DNA from: an uncultured Bacillota bacterium | Lineage (GTDB): Bacteria > Bacillota_I > Bacilli_A > RF39 > UBA660 | DNA: 64,000 nucleotides | NCBI GenBank assembly: GCA_942493215.1 | Contig: OW818670.1 | Coordinates: 1,350,077-1,414,076 of the forward strand | Reading direction: 5' to 3' | In this document: in pieces, positions 18,764-27,893 of the stretch | Position numbering within the stretch: position 1 is the stretch's first letter | Layout of the letters: each line of letters begins with the position of its first letter | Program-made: the position numbers and the translations under genes | Notes under the pieces: generated by a model | What the model saw: only the letters and a program-made list of their open reading frames with translations | What the model was told of the DNA's origin: nothing | The model's database searches: none

Positions 18764-19312
18764 ATGTTTAAAAAGTTAAATATATTAGATGAAAAAGAAA
18801 AAATATTACGACAAAAAAGTTCGGAAGTAGTATTTCCTTTATCACCAGAAGAAAAAAAATTGCTCAAACAAATAATTGAACAGTTAACATATAGCCAAAT
18901 AGAGGAATATGAGAAAAAATACGAATTACGTCCTGGTATGGGTTTAGCGTTCCCCCAATTAGGAATACTAAAGCGAATTATTGTTATAGTCTATGAGGCA
19001 GAAGAAGGCGTATTTGAGAACTATATCCTTGTTAATCCTAAAATTGTTAGTTATTCAGAAGAAATGATTGCGGCTGAAGCTGGTGAAGGTTGCTTAAGTG
19101 TTAATCGTGAGGTTGAAGGACATATTCCACGACACGCTAGAGTAACAGTTGAAGGATACGATGAAGAAGGAAACAAAATCCGTGTCCGAGCTCGTGAAGA
19201 TTTATCCATTGCTTTTCAACATGAAATCGACCATCTTGAGGGAATACTATTTTATGACAAAATAGATCCTAAAAAACCATTTTATACTGAACAAGAAATT
19301 AGATTAATATAA
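18764..19312 (+). CDS. def: Peptide deformylase
   Basis: GMGLAFPQLG, EGCLSV and QHEIDHLEG motifs. Confidence 0.96.
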   Translation: MFKKLNILDEKEKILRQKSSEVVFPLSPEEKKLLKQIIEQLTYSQIEEYEKKYELRPGMGLAFPQLGILKRIIVIVYEAEEGVFENYILVNPKIVSYSEEMIAAEAGEGCLSVNREVEGHIPRHARVTVEGYDEEGNKIRVRAREDLSIAFQHEIDHLEGILFYDKIDPKKPFYTEQEIRLI

Positions 19313-19341
19313 AAACAGAAGAAATTAAATCTTCTGTTTTA
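19311..19341. terminator. Bidirectional terminator between def and uppP
   Basis: AAAACAGAAGA-AATTAAA-TCTTCTGTTTT. Confidence 0.8.
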
Positions 19342-20151
19342 TTTTACTAATAAAGTTATAATAACAATCAATGCTAGTGCAATACGATACCACATAAATA
19401 TTTTAAAATTATGTTTTTTTAAATACTTAAGTAAGAATGTAATACATAGCATACCAACAATAAAAGCTGTCAGGATCCCAATAATAAATAAACTTAAATT
19501 AGCCGTTACAATAGCCATTGTTCCATGTTTTAATAAGGTTACTAAGACCGCTCCTAATACAACTGGTGCTGATAAATAAAATGAGAATTTAGCTGCATCT
19601 TCCCTACTAATACCACAAGCTCTACCCGTAGCAATCGTTGTACCTGACCTAGAAAAACCTGGTATTAATGCTAAAACTTGAGAAATACCAATAATAATAG
19701 AATCTTTAATAGTAATATCTTCAATGTCTTTTAATTTAGAAGCATATCTATCGACTAAATAAATAATAACACCCATAACTATTAAAGCGATAGCAATTAA
19801 ATAATAATTGCCTCGAAATAAAGTTTCAAGCCTTTCTTCAAATAGTACACCGGCTAAACCAGCTGGTATGGTGGCTATTGCCAGATACCATAAAAGTCTA
19901 CTGGCTTTTTTATCTTTAAAATTAAAGCCATCGCCAATCATTTTAATAAAATCTTTAAAGAAGAATACGAAAATAGCAAGTAATGTCCCTAAATGTAAGG
20001 CTACATCAAGAGCTAATGCTACATCACTAGTAATCCCACTACCTATACCAAATATATCTCTAAAGATAATTAAGTGTGCTGATGATGAAATAGGTAAAAA
20101 TTCAGCTATACCTTGAACAATACCTAAAATAATAATACTTAAAATACCCAT
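19339..20151 (-). CDS. uppP: Undecaprenyl-diphosphate phosphatase
   Basis: GIVQGIAEFLPISSSAH, LHLGT, ALIPGFSRSG. Confidence 0.95.
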   Translation of the reverse strand: MGILSIIILGIVQGIAEFLPISSSAHLIIFRDIFGIGSGITSDVALALDVALHLGTLLAIFVFFFKDFIKMIGDGFNFKDKKASRLLWYLAIATIPAGLAGVLFEERLETLFRGNYYLIAIALIVMGVIIYLVDRYASKLKDIEDITIKDSIIIGISQVLALIPGFSRSGTTIATGRACGISREDAAKFSFYLSAPVVLGAVLVTLLKHGTMAIVTANLSLFIIGILTAFIVGMLCITFLLKYLKKHNFKIFMWYRIALALIVIITLLVK

Positions 20152-20211
20152 ATAACACCTTTTCTACATACTTATTAAGTATACCATAACATCGAAAAAA
20201 AACAAGAGTAA

Positions 20212-20442
20212 TTAAAAGGAAATCTTAACTAAAATAACATCCTCTCCTATTTTTTCAATCTGTTCCCATTTTATTTCATATTCATCATGATTAGAAAATA
20301 TATTTTTTAAAAAATGCGATTGTTCTACTAAAAATCCTGTCATTTTACCATCTTGATCAATTAATATATCAATAATATTACCTATCTTTTTACCATCATT
20401 AATATTGATTATGTCTTTATTCTGTAGTTCGGATAAGCGCAT
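20212..20442 (-). CDS. ylmC: YlmC/YmxH-family PRC-barrel sporulation protein
   Basis: MRLSELQNKDIININDGKKIG...IKWEQIEKIGEDVILV; follows sigG. Confidence 0.9.
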   Translation of the reverse strand: MRLSELQNKDIININDGKKIGNIIDILIDQDGKMTGFLVEQSHFLKNIFSNHDEYEIKWEQIEKIGEDVILVKISF

Positions 20443-20489
20443 ATTATCACCTAATTAATCCTATTTTAATAGATCTTTTTTATGCACTA

Positions 20490-21266
20490 CTAGTCTAACA
20501 TTTTACGAATATTTTCTAAACCGCTTTTTTCTAAACGTGATATTTGAGCTTGGGATATACCAATTTCTTCAGCTAATTCCATTTGGGTTTTTCCAACTAT
20601 GTATCGATTTTCAATAATAAATTTTTCTTTATCTTTTAAATTACTAATAGCTTCTTTTAACGCAATATGCATATCTATTCCAATTTCTTTATGACTTTTA
20701 TCTTCTAATTGGTCGGCTAAATATATCGTATCACCACCATCATTATAGATAGGTTCAAACATACTAATAGTATCATGCATAGCTTCTAAAGCATTGTTTA
20801 CTTCAATAACTGGTACTCCCATTTTTATAGCGATTTGATCAACAGTAGGTTCCCGACATAATTCATTAGTAAGAATCTCTTTCGTTTTTAAGGCTTGATA
20901 CGCTAAATCTTTAATACTACGAGCAACTCTAACACTATTATTATCACGTAAATATCTTTTTATTTCACCTAAAATCATTGGTACGGCATAAGTACTAAAA
21001 CGCACTTCATGATTTAAGTCAAAATTATCGATGGCTTTTATTAGCCCAATACATCCTACTTGAAATAAATCATCCATATTATCAATTCTATTATTGTATT
21101 TCTTTAATATTGATAAGACTAACTTTAAATTACCATTGATTAAATCTTCTTTAGCTCTTTTATCCCCCATTTGATATTGTTTAAAAAGATTTATCATTTC
21201 TTTATTAGTTAAAACTTTTATATTCGCAGTATTCACGCCACATATTTCTACTTTATGACGTGCCAT
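20490..21266 (-). CDS. sigG: Forespore sigma factor SigG
   Basis: MARHKVEICGVNT N-terminus, GNLKLVLS, DDLFQVGCIGL, FSTYAVPMILGEIKRYLRD, KTQMELAEEIGISQAQISRLE. Start ATG 21266 after AAAGGAG. Confidence 0.95.
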   Translation of the reverse strand: MARHKVEICGVNTANIKVLTNKEMINLFKQYQMGDKRAKEDLINGNLKLVLSILKKYNNRIDNMDDLFQVGCIGLIKAIDNFDLNHEVRFSTYAVPMILGEIKRYLRDNNSVRVARSIKDLAYQALKTKEILTNELCREPTVDQIAIKMGVPVIEVNNALEAMHDTISMFEPIYNDGGDTIYLADQLEDKSHKEIGIDMHIALKEAISNLKDKEKFIIENRYIVGKTQMELAEEIGISQAQISRLEKSGLENIRKMLD

Positions 21267-21267
21267 T

Positions 21268-21306
21268 AAAAAATCTCCTTTCATACTCTTATGAGTAAAA
21301 AGAAGA
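21268..21306 (-). terminator. Terminator-like hairpin after the GNAT gene, overlapping the sigG RBS
   Basis: Minus strand TCTTCTTTTTACTC-ATAA-GAGTA(T)GAAAGGAGA then TTTTTT: 14 pairs including 2 G-U and one bulge. Confidence 0.6.
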
Positions 21307-21316
21307 TATTTTATAC
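21287..21316 (-). promoter_or_regulatory. Candidate forespore (sigmaG/sigmaF-type) promoter of sigG
   Basis: GTATA, 18 bp spacer, CATAAGA on the minus strand; partial match to GNATA-17/18-CATAMTA. Confidence 0.4.
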
Positions 21317-21319
21317 AAA

Positions 21320-21940
21320 TTATAATTTTTTTCTAAAGAAAAACTGCACATTACAAGTAGGAGCATTCCTAACAAACCATTCCACATCTTTTTTATCAAT
21401 GCTATTAATAATAAAAGCTACTTGTCCATTAAATTCCTCTTGTTTTTCAAAAGCAATGGGATAATTATTGATATTAGCTTCCTTGATATTATCAATTGTA
21501 AAAGGACTATATATTTGAACAAAAAGATGGGGTTTGTAATTATTCTTTAAGTAGAATCCTGTTGCTTTATAACGACTACATAAGTTAATCGTTTTAACAC
21601 CTTTTTCTAAACATCTTTTTTCAAATTCGTTAATTAAGTAAGTACCATATTTCTTATTACGATAACCATTTTTAATAACAAGGATTCCTAAGGTAATCGT
21701 TTTATTTTCCATATCTAATTGTTTACCAAATAACAAGCCTACTGGCTCATTATTATGTTCTAGATAAAGTAAAAAGTCATTATCAGTATTAAGTTGTTCT
21801 TTAAACTCATTAAAATTATTTGAAACAGGAAAATAAGGTTCATTTATTGACGAATGATAAAAACAATGATCAGCAAAACGTAATAATGATATTAATTCGT
21901 CCAATTGTTGGACTTTTTTTAGTTTAATTTCTATATTCAT
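21320..21940 (-). CDS. GNAT-family N-acetyltransferase
   Basis: LVIKNGYRNKKYGTYLI acetyl-CoA motif A; ATGFYLKNNY motif B. Confidence 0.75.
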   Translation of the reverse strand: MNIEIKLKKVQQLDELISLLRFADHCFYHSSINEPYFPVSNNFNEFKEQLNTDNDFLLYLEHNNEPVGLLFGKQLDMENKTITLGILVIKNGYRNKKYGTYLINEFEKRCLEKGVKTINLCSRYKATGFYLKNNYKPHLFVQIYSPFTIDNIKEANINNYPIAFEKQEEFNGQVAFIINSIDKKDVEWFVRNAPTCNVQFFFRKKL

Positions 21941-21949
21941 TAATTTATA

Positions 21950-23329
21950 TTAAGAAACCTTACTTGTTAATTTTTCAATATAAGCACGAGCTACTTCGGA
22001 ATCATTTTGATGAATAATATTACCTTTAATATTCATTGTATCTTCGTGTCCTCGTCCTAAAATAAGTAAAACATCATTACTATTAAGCATATCAATTCCT
22101 TTAACTATGGCTTGATTACGGTCATAAACAATCTCATAATTTTTTTCTTGAAGATTATTTAACATATCATCTAGTATTTGTTTTGGATCCTCATCATAAC
22201 AAGTATCGGTTGTAACAATACCATAGTCTGATCCACTTAGAGCATTTTTTGTTATTAATGGTCGCATCGTCCGATCACGATTACCACGACAACTAAATAC
22301 TGTATAAAGTTTGCCTTTCGTGATTTCGCGAACTGCCGCAATAGCTTTTTCATAACCATCAGGGGTATGAGCATAATCAACAATAATTAAATTGTCTTTA
22401 TATGGTGTCATTTCCATTCTTCCCTCTGGTTCTTTTAATTTGGATATTAATGATTGAATAGTATCGTCATTGATGCCCATATCTTTTAAAATAATAATAC
22501 AGGTAATTAAATTATAAACATTATATTTACCAATTAGTTTAGTATGAATATTTATTTTTTCTTGATTATGTAAACAACTAAAATAAACATTAAAACCATT
22601 AACATAATAATCTGTTAATTGATAATCACTTGGTTTAAAACCATAGGTAATATTATTATTATCTTCTAATAAATAATAGGATGAATATTCATCATCAATA
22701 TTAACAATAGCTTTACCATTAAGTCTTATTTTTTTAAATAGTAATTGTTTTGCTAATGCATAATCAATGACCGTAGGATGAAATTCTTTATGCGAATGGG
22801 TTAAATTAGTAAACACAGCATAATCAAAATTTATATTATTAATACGTCCCAAGAATAATCCTTGACTACTCGCTTCTAAAGATACATAACGATATCCTAA
22901 ATCATAAGCATTAATAATATATTCATACATGTCACAAATATCCGGTGAGGTATTAGCTAAATTACATACTTTCTTATCTAAATAATAGCCAATTGTCCCA
23001 ATATAAGCACATTTCTTACCTAACATATTAAGCATTTGATATATCAAATAACAAGCTGTTGTTTTACCATTAGTACCTGTTATACCAATCATTGTCATCT
23101 CATCTAAATATTTATTGTAGTTGTCTTTTAGATACTCTTCTAAATAAATCCTAGTATCAGGAACAATTAAAGTCTCAACACCATATGTACCATGAGTTGC
23201 GATAACCCTTGTGGCTCCATTTTTGATAGCTACATCAATATAATTATGACCATCACTATTAATACCTGGTAAGGCTACAAATGTATCACCCGGAACTATT
23301 CGTCTAGAATCAGTTTTTATATTTATCAT
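21950..23329 (-). CDS. murE: MurE-family UDP-MurNAc-dipeptide ligase with atypical specificity motifs
   Basis: DSRRIVPGDTFVAL, GITGTNGKTT, FTNLT, GRME, VDYAHTPDG, ILGRGHE. Start ATG 23329 after GGAGG. Confidence 0.85.
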   Translation of the reverse strand: MINIKTDSRRIVPGDTFVALPGINSDGHNYIDVAIKNGATRVIATHGTYGVETLIVPDTRIYLEEYLKDNYNKYLDEMTMIGITGTNGKTTACYLIYQMLNMLGKKCAYIGTIGYYLDKKVCNLANTSPDICDMYEYIINAYDLGYRYVSLEASSQGLFLGRINNINFDYAVFTNLTHSHKEFHPTVIDYALAKQLLFKKIRLNGKAIVNIDDEYSSYYLLEDNNNITYGFKPSDYQLTDYYVNGFNVYFSCLHNQEKINIHTKLIGKYNVYNLITCIIILKDMGINDDTIQSLISKLKEPEGRMEMTPYKDNLIIVDYAHTPDGYEKAIAAVREITKGKLYTVFSCRGNRDRTMRPLITKNALSGSDYGIVTTDTCYDEDPKQILDDMLNNLQEKNYEIVYDRNQAIVKGIDMLNSNDVLLILGRGHEDTMNIKGNIIHQNDSEVARAYIEKLTSKVS

Positions 23330-23403
23330 TTGTTCATACCTCCATAATATTATTATAACATTTTTTGCTAGTAATAAAGCAAAAATGAAGCTTTTTTGAC
23401 ATA

Positions 23404-23432
23404 TTGACATTAATTTAATATGCTTATATTAT
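23404..23432 (+). promoter_or_regulatory. sigmaA-type promoter with no obvious downstream gene
   Basis: TTGACA (23404-23409), 17 bp spacer, TATTAT (23427-23432). Confidence 0.5.
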
Positions 23433-23545
23433 TGCCAAATGAAGGAGGTATGACTACTTACATTGATACATCCTTAATAAAACTAATATTTACAATTTAT
23501 ATTTTATAATAAGTTTTACTTGTTTTATTATATGTTTATTCATAT

Positions 23546-23567
23546 AAAAAGGATAATTTAGTTATCC
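23546..23567 (-). terminator. Intrinsic terminator after ttcA
   Basis: GGATAA-loop-TTATCC stem followed by T5 on the minus strand. Confidence 0.55.
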
Positions 23568-23606
23568 CCAATAAGTACATAAAAAAATGATTATTAAATC
23601 ATCCTT

Positions 23607-24434
23607 TTACTTGTCATATTCATCTAAAAAGTGATAATTATTACCATCTTTATGATAGCCAATAACAGTATTCAAGTTAACATTTTCAACACTTTTAAAG
23701 ATATTTTGTTCAATATACTTATTAGTTTTTCGAAATTGTTCAATTAACTTCTTCATCTCTAACCGTTTAGACGTACTATCATCATTAATGCTACAGTTTT
23801 CAGTGAAACGACAAGCACAATTTAAGAAAGTTAAATCATTACTATGAGCCCAAGTTTTAATAGATGCTTCTTTAACTAGATATAAAGGACGAATTAATTC
23901 CATACCCTCATAATTATCACTATGGAGTTTTGGCATCATCGTTTTTATTTCACCACCATATAACATACTTAATAAAATAGTTTCAATGACATCATCATAA
24001 TGATGTCCTAGCGCTATTTTATTACAACCTAATTCTTTAGCTCGATTATATAAATAACCTCTTCGCATTCTCGCACATAAATAACATGGACTTCCTTCTG
24101 TTAAATTATAAACAATATCAAAGATATCGGTTTTAAAGATATCAGCTTGAATATTTAAAATATCCATATTTTCTTTTATTATCTCTAAGTTTTCTTTACT
24201 ATAACCGGGATCCATTAAAATATAATGTACCTCAAAATTAATTTGACCATGACGCTTTAATTCTTGCATACACTTAGCGAGTAAACTAGAGTCTTTTCCA
24301 CCTGATATACAAACAGCAACCTTATCACCATCATTAATTAATTGATAATCCTTAAGAGCCTTAATAAATTTACTCCATATTTCTTTGCGATACTTTTTAA
24401 TAATACTTTTTTCAATTTCACGATATTTTTCCAT
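23607..24434 (-). CDS. ttcA: tRNA 2-thiocytidine biosynthesis protein TtcA family
   Basis: PP-loop ISGGKDS, PCYLCARMRRG, IALGHHYDD, LIRPL and C-terminal Cys motif. Confidence 0.88.
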   Translation of the reverse strand: MEKYREIEKSIIKKYRKEIWSKFIKALKDYQLINDGDKVAVCISGGKDSSLLAKCMQELKRHGQINFEVHYILMDPGYSKENLEIIKENMDILNIQADIFKTDIFDIVYNLTEGSPCYLCARMRRGYLYNRAKELGCNKIALGHHYDDVIETILLSMLYGGEIKTMMPKLHSDNYEGMELIRPLYLVKEASIKTWAHSNDLTFLNCACRFTENCSINDDSTSKRLEMKKLIEQFRKTNKYIEQNIFKSVENVNLNTVIGYHKDGNNYHFLDEYDK

Positions 24435-24437
24435 ACA

Positions 24438-26288
24438 TCATCTCTTATCTAAATTTATAATATTTTTAACAATTGTTTTAACATCCATACCTTCTTGTTC
24501 ATATAGTTCATCTACTGTTCCTTGTTCTACAAATTTATCATTAAAGGCCATTATTTTAATTTTTCGATTAAAACCTAATTCTTTTAACTGCATTAATACC
24601 ATTGATCCAAACCCACCATAAATAGTATTGTCTTCAATAGTTAAAACATTATCATTATCTTTAACAATATTTTTAAGTGTTTTTATATCTAATGGCTTTA
24701 TAAAGCACGCATTTATAATCGTCGGACAAATACCTTTTTTCCTTAATATATCACATGCGAGTACGGCTTGTTCAACCATTTTACCGGTTGCTAGAACAAC
24801 TACTTTTGATCCTTTAGTAAGAATTTCCCACTTACCAGTAGTAAATGTTTTTAATGGCTTTAGAGGTAATGAGCAACCACCTCTTGGATAACGAAAAGCT
24901 ATTGGGGTATTTAGGGTTAAGGCATATTTTAAAATAGGTTCTATTTCTAACGGGGTTTTAGGCACTACAATCGTTAAATTAGGCATTAATGATAAATAAG
25001 ATAAATCAAATATACCTTGATGTGTTTCCCCATCACTACCCACTAGTCCGGCTCGATCTATAGCGAATATAACCGGCATTTTTTGCATACAAACATCCAT
25101 TATGGCTTGATCAAAACCTCGTTGTAAGAAAGTAGAATATATGGGTATTACGGGTCGCATTCCCGATTCGGCTAAACCAGATGCTAAAGTAATAGCATGT
25201 TGCTCGGCTATACCAACATCATAAAATTGATGAGGAAAACATTCAGCAAACTTCGATAATCCAGTTCCATCCGTCATAGCAGCAGTAATGGCAATAATTC
25301 GTTTATCATATGCAGCTATATGACATAGAGAATCTCCTAGGACGTATGAATAACTTAATTCATTGTTCTTATTAATTTCACCCGTAGTAATATCAAACTT
25401 ACCTACCGCGTGATATTTACTAGGATTATTTAATGCTGGTAAATAACCATATCCTTTATTAGTTACAACATGCAAAACAACAGGTCCATCATACTGTTTA
25501 ATCTGATTAATTGTATCAATTAATTTATTAAGATTATGTCCATCAACTGGACCTATATATCTTACTCCTAAACTTTCAAAAAATAATGGTGTATAAAACA
25601 AGTTCTTAATACTTTCTTTTACCTTAGCAAAAAAAGCAAATAAGTGTTTACGATCTTTAGTTTTTAATTTAATACTATTTTTAAAGCTATTATAAAATCT
25701 ATTTAATTTAATTTTATTCAATGAATTAGCAATCCCACCAACATTAGTAGATATTGACATATTATTATCATTAAGAATAATTAACATTTTACTTTTATTA
25801 TAACCAATATCATTTAGGGCTTCATAGACCATTCCTCCCGTAAAAGCTCCATCACCTATAATCGATACTATTTCATAATCTTCTTGATTAAGATCACGGG
25901 CTCTTGCCATACCAATAGCGGCTGAAATAGAATTACTACTATGACCACTATCAAAATAATCATAAGTACTTTCATTACGTTTAGGAAAACCACTAATACC
26001 TTTATATTTTCTAAGGGTATTAAATTGATCACGACGAGCAGTTAATATCTTATAAGCATAACTTTGATGACCAACATCAAAAACAATTTTATCTTTACTA
26101 AAATCATAATTTAAAAGTAAAGCAATGGTTACTTCAACCATACCTAAGTTAGATGCTAAATGGCCACCATTCTTTGATACATTATCAATAATAAAGGCCC
26201 TTACCTCTTGGCATAATTCTTCTAACTCATTACTATTTAATTTTTTTAAGTCTTGAGGATTATTTATGTTATTTAATATCTTACTCAT
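24438..26288 (-). CDS. dxs: 1-deoxy-D-xylulose-5-phosphate synthase
   Basis: GGHLASNLG, DVGHQSY, GHSSNSIS, IGDGAFTGG, LNDN, IAEQHA, DGETHQG. Confidence 0.96.
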   Translation of the reverse strand: MSKILNNINNPQDLKKLNSNELEELCQEVRAFIIDNVSKNGGHLASNLGMVEVTIALLLNYDFSKDKIVFDVGHQSYAYKILTARRDQFNTLRKYKGISGFPKRNESTYDYFDSGHSSNSISAAIGMARARDLNQEDYEIVSIIGDGAFTGGMVYEALNDIGYNKSKMLIILNDNNMSISTNVGGIANSLNKIKLNRFYNSFKNSIKLKTKDRKHLFAFFAKVKESIKNLFYTPLFFESLGVRYIGPVDGHNLNKLIDTINQIKQYDGPVVLHVVTNKGYGYLPALNNPSKYHAVGKFDITTGEINKNNELSYSYVLGDSLCHIAAYDKRIIAITAAMTDGTGLSKFAECFPHQFYDVGIAEQHAITLASGLAESGMRPVIPIYSTFLQRGFDQAIMDVCMQKMPVIFAIDRAGLVGSDGETHQGIFDLSYLSLMPNLTIVVPKTPLEIEPILKYALTLNTPIAFRYPRGGCSLPLKPLKTFTTGKWEILTKGSKVVVLATGKMVEQAVLACDILRKKGICPTIINACFIKPLDIKTLKNIVKDNDNVLTIEDNTIYGGFGSMVLMQLKELGFNRKIKIMAFNDKFVEQGTVDELYEQEGMDVKTIVKNIINLDKR

Positions 26289-26299
26289 AGTTACACTTC

Positions 26300-26734
26300 C
26301 TAATTACATTTATAGTTATTCTTATTTATATAATTCATAAAATCTTGACGATTAGGATACCCCTTATTAATATTAAAAATACTTTGAAGATATTTAAGAC
26401 CTTCACTATTAATATTGCTTGTATCCAACTCTAAACTAAAAGATAAGTTAGTATTCTTATAATGAACTTCAGTTTTAATATTTTTATCTAACGATTGTAC
26501 TTTATCATAACCATCTTTTATAATATTATAAGCACTTACCGTTAATGACTGTTTAGTATAAATACTAGTTCCTTCTAATGACATATTCTTTATAACATTA
26601 TTATTAAAAGTAACACTCAAATTGTAGGTATCAGTGTGTAAGGTATCTTTATTTATAGATGTACAATCCATTTTATTACTAGACTCACAACCTGTTAAAA
26701 TTAATAATATCAATAGTATTAATATCTTCTTCAT
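26300..26734 (-). CDS. Lipoprotein of unknown function (YehR/DUF1307-like)
   Basis: MKKILILLILILILTGC lipobox; small beta-rich body ending YKCN. Confidence 0.65.
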   Translation of the reverse strand: MKKILILLILLILTGCESSNKMDCTSINKDTLHTDTYNLSVTFNNNVIKNMSLEGTSIYTKQSLTVSAYNIIKDGYDKVQSLDKNIKTEVHYKNTNLSFSLELDTSNINSEGLKYLQSIFNINKGYPNRQDFMNYINKNNYKCN

Positions 26735-26802
26735 TTCATCACCATATATATATTTTAACAATATCTTGTCCCTTTTTCAATCAAAAAGATGATTAACCTC
26801 TA

Positions 26803-27891
26803 TTAGTTAACCATCCAAGCATTTGGTAAATAACGAGAACCACTATAATTATAACCACTTGGTTCATTAATTAGCTTATTATTAATAACTAAAGTACTAG
26901 ATCCCCCACCGTCCAAATTAGCCGCATTATAGGCCTTATAACGCGTAAAGATGTTAATTATATCAACCATACTAGCACCCATATTTTTGCCTAAATTACG
27001 ACCATCAAAGACTAAAAATAAGACAATTCCATCTTGACGTTGAGCAATAGCCGTTCTTGGAGCGTATCCTAATCCTCCATTACCTTTAATTTTTGCTGGT
27101 ACACCATTCATTATTAAGAAAGGACCAAACTCAACCGCATCAACTATGCCATTCTTTATTGCTTTAGCAGGATTATCCATAGTTAACATTAAGGTATGAT
27201 TCTTATCAAAACCAATTAGTCCCCCATTATCGTATCCTGTACCGTCACCAATCGATAATATTTTACCATTTTTTATAACTGTACCGGTTGGAGTGACAGC
27301 TTTAGTACCACTATTGACTGTGAAACCACTAGCATTAATAGCTATAATCGCTTTCTTTGCTTTAGCAAAATCAAGTAATTGTTGACCACCAACCGCCATT
27401 TTTGATGATGATTGTAAAGAAATACGAGATGAATCATATATAGCAACTAAATAACCAGTTGTACCATTCTCTTCGATCTTAATTAACTTATATAAATCAT
27501 TATCCTTATCTTTCTTTAAAATTTGTTCATCATAAATAGATTCATAATTATCTGTATTATTATTATAATTAATATCTGAACTATCTGAACTATTATTAAA
27601 ACTCTCAACATAGTTTGCACTTAAAACTGAATTAATAGTATCATTACTATAAAATATATGGGCTAAATACTTATGAGACATCGTGGCGGTAGCCGATGTT
27701 ATCCAAAAGTTACGAAAATTATCAAATGGTCCATATAAAACAAATAATCCTAACAAAGCAATTATATCTAATACTAGTACCACAATTGTCAAAGGATGAT
27801 GTTTTTTATTTTTCGGCTTCTTTTCTTTAATATCTTTACTATTAGATACTTGATCTTCAACATAATTTATATATATATTATTATCACTCAT
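26803..27891 (-). CDS. Membrane-anchored phosphodiester glycosidase (NAGPA/EpsL-like)
   Basis: AINASGF, EFGPFLI, PRTAIAQ, DGR, AANLDGGGSSTL. Confidence 0.88.
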   Translation of the reverse strand: MSDNNIYINYVEDQVSNSKDIKEKKPKNKKHHPLTIVVLVLDIIALLGLFVLYGPFDNFRNFWITSATATMSHKYLAHIFYSNDTINSVLSANYVESFNNSSDSSDINYNNNTDNYESIYDEQILKKDKDNDLYKLIKIEENGTTGYLVAIYDSSRISLQSSSKMAVGGQQLLDFAKAKKAIIAINASGFTVNSGTKAVTPTGTVIKNGKILSIGDGTGYDNGGLIGFDKNHTLMLTMDNPAKAIKNGIVDAVEFGPFLIMNGVPAKIKGNGGLGYAPRTAIAQRQDGIVLFLVFDGRNLGKNMGASMVDIINIFTRYKAYNAANLDGGGSSTLVINNKLINEPSGYNYSGSRYLPNAWMVN

Positions 27892-27893
27892 AC

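Noticed and set aside
23450-23509. 19-codon ORF MTTYIDTSLIKLIFTIYIL as a type I toxin or peptide
   Set aside because: The SD abuts the ATG, and hydrophobic short ORFs arise easily in AT-rich DNA.
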